Positions 62,879-64,000 of a DNA stretch of 64,000 bases are shown here, in pieces. Within the stretch, counting starts at the first letter, position 1, and each line of letters begins with the position of its first letter. The position numbers and the translations under genes are program-made. The DNA comes from Candidatus Rokuibacteriota bacterium (GTDB taxonomy: Bacteria; Methylomirabilota; Methylomirabilia; Rokubacteriales; CSP1-6), in contig QHSQ01000103.1 of NCBI GenBank assembly GCA_003221615.1, positions 14,153 to 78,152 on the forward strand, in the 5' to 3' direction. The notes under the pieces are model-generated. The model saw nothing but the letters and a program-made list of their open reading frames with translations, was not told the origin of the DNA and did no database searches.

Positions 62879-63479
62879 AGCTCGGTGACTTCAGCTTGTC
62901 GACCAGCTTCTCGTACGAGCTGGTCCCGATGATCTGGTCGAACTGGGCGCGGTAGTTGGCGACGAGGCTCACGCCCTCGATCACGACGTCATAGACGAGC
63001 CACCGGTCGCCGCGCCGGACCAGCCGATAGTCGACGGGAAACTGCTGGCCGGCCTTGTTGAAGACCTGGGTCCGCACGGTGGCTTGCTCGCCTTCGATCG
63101 ATTCGGTTCCATAGGCGACCCGCTCGCCGTTGTAGCGCTCGAGCGTGGTCAGATAGGACCGCTCCAGCAGATCGTGGAAGAGGCGAACGAACTCCTGGCG
63201 CTCCGCCTCCGTGCGCGGCTGCCAGTGCCGCCCGAGCGCGCGGCTCGCCATCTCGCTCCAGTCGAAGAGCGGCCCCGCGATCTCGTGCAGCGCGTCACGG
63301 CGCTGCTTCGCCTTGGCGGTGCCCTTGAGACTCGGATCGGCCAAGACGTGGATGACCTTGTCGATTCCGACCTTGAGCTGGTCCGACGCTGGCCCAGCCG
63401 GCGCGCTGGTCGTGACACCGAAGACGAGCGACACGACGAGCACGCCGACCCGTCCACGGCGGCGCGCGGCCGGTATCAC
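62877..63479 (-). CDS. mlaC: MlaC/Ttg2D-family lipid-binding periplasmic protein
   Basis: 200 aa with a signal peptide. FDWSEMASRALGRHW, FVRLFHDLLERSY and WLVYDVVIEGVSLVANYRAQF are typical of MlaC. Confidence 0.8.
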   Translation of the reverse strand: MIPAARRRGRVGVLVVSLVFGVTTSAPAGPASDQLKVGIDKVIHVLADPSLKGTAKAKQRRDALHEIAGPLFDWSEMASRALGRHWQPRTEAERQEFVRLFHDLLERSYLTTLERYNGERVAYGTESIEGEQATVRTQVFNKAGQQFPVDYRLVRRGDRWLVYDVVIEGVSLVANYRAQFDQIIGTSSYEKLVDKLKSPS

Positions 63480-63847
63480 CGCGACCTCGTTTCCAGCTCG
63501 ACCCGCAGCTGGGACAGCTCGACCGGCTTACGCAACACGGCCACGACGCCCTCTTCCATCCGGTAGCCATGAGCCCCTTCGTCGAAGCTCGTGATGACGA
63601 TGGCCGAGGTGCCGGGTTCGTAACGCCGCGCGAAGCGGAGGAGATCCAGCACGTTCAAGGTGACGTGGCGCTCGGACTGCACGTTGTCGTCGAGCAAGAG
63701 CAGATCGTACGGCCTCGAGAAGATCGACGCGAATCCCGCCCACATGTCCTCGGCCACCTTCACGGCGTGCCCGTCAGCGGACAGAATCGCCTCGAGCCCT
63801 TCCCGGGCGTGGCGCTCCCGCTCGACCACGAGAATACTCAGCGACAT
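63476..63847 (-). CDS. stand-alone response-regulator receiver domain protein (atypical acidic pocket)
   Basis: 123 aa. LLLLDD (phospho-acceptor Asp), ITSF and RKP motifs are present. The N-terminal DD pair is replaced by ERE (ILVVERER). Its stop overlaps the mlaC GTG (GTGA). Confidence 0.7.
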   Translation of the reverse strand: MSLSILVVERERHAREGLEAILSADGHAVKVAEDMWAGFASIFSRPYDLLLLDDNVQSERHVTLNVLDLLRFARRYEPGTSAIVITSFDEGAHGYRMEEGVVAVLRKPVELSQLRVELETRSR

Positions 63848-64000
63848 GTCGAGCCCCCTGGTCAGTCCAGCAGCAACCCGCGTGCCCGAGTGCTCCGACA
63901 GCCACGACGAAGGCCAAGTAGTGGAAAGCGCGGGGCCTGCCGACGCGGGTGATTCCCTGATCGAGGCCCACCGTGCAAAAACTACGTCGTACGACTTACC

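Noticed and set aside
63774-63971. 65-aa minus-strand ORF overlapping the response-regulator start
   Set aside because: It has no RBS, no motif and a GC-artefact composition, and it overlaps the promoter and start region of a well-supported gene.

Overview
High-G+C (by eye, not computed) chromosomal segment from a metabolically versatile, probably uncultivated soil or sediment bacterium. That origin is an inference from gene content. I support about 61 protein genes and find no rRNA, tRNA, CRISPR array, transposase, integrase or phage gene. The window is mostly solute uptake and catabolism. (1) An FTR1-type iron permease cluster (1-4863) also carries a porin, a Tat-exported FMN-binding protein, a frameshifted apbE and a His-rich 4-TM protein. 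(2) There are four family-5 (Dpp/Opp-type) binding proteins, two of them a recent duplication that includes the promoter, and one complete Dpp-like transporter operon with a MetE-like gene and a cupin gene inserted. (3) A urate/allantoin catabolic supercluster (about 31.5-42.6 kb) contains puuD, uraD, uraH, puuE and a PucG-like aminotransferase, plus an embedded NitT/TauT-type ABC transporter and a UbiD decarboxylase. (4) Three paralogous molybdopterin subunits of the xanthine dehydrogenase/CoxL family have no Fe-S or FAD partner gene nearby; two sit directly next to FMN enzymes. (5) Two further NitT/TauT-type transporters each have tandem permease genes. (6) An arsR-arsI pair has a near-consensus promoter that predicts a leaderless transcript. 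Non-coding observations: a 45-53 nt GC-rich palindromic repeat in three intergenic copies plus one partial copy, a 10-bp AT palindrome forming back-to-back -10 boxes between divergent purine genes, clustered direct repeats in one 5' leader, and hairpins without U-tracts at convergent gene junctions. The many long antisense ORFs in the track are GC-driven artefacts. All functional calls come from recognising motifs in the translated ORFs, not from database searches.
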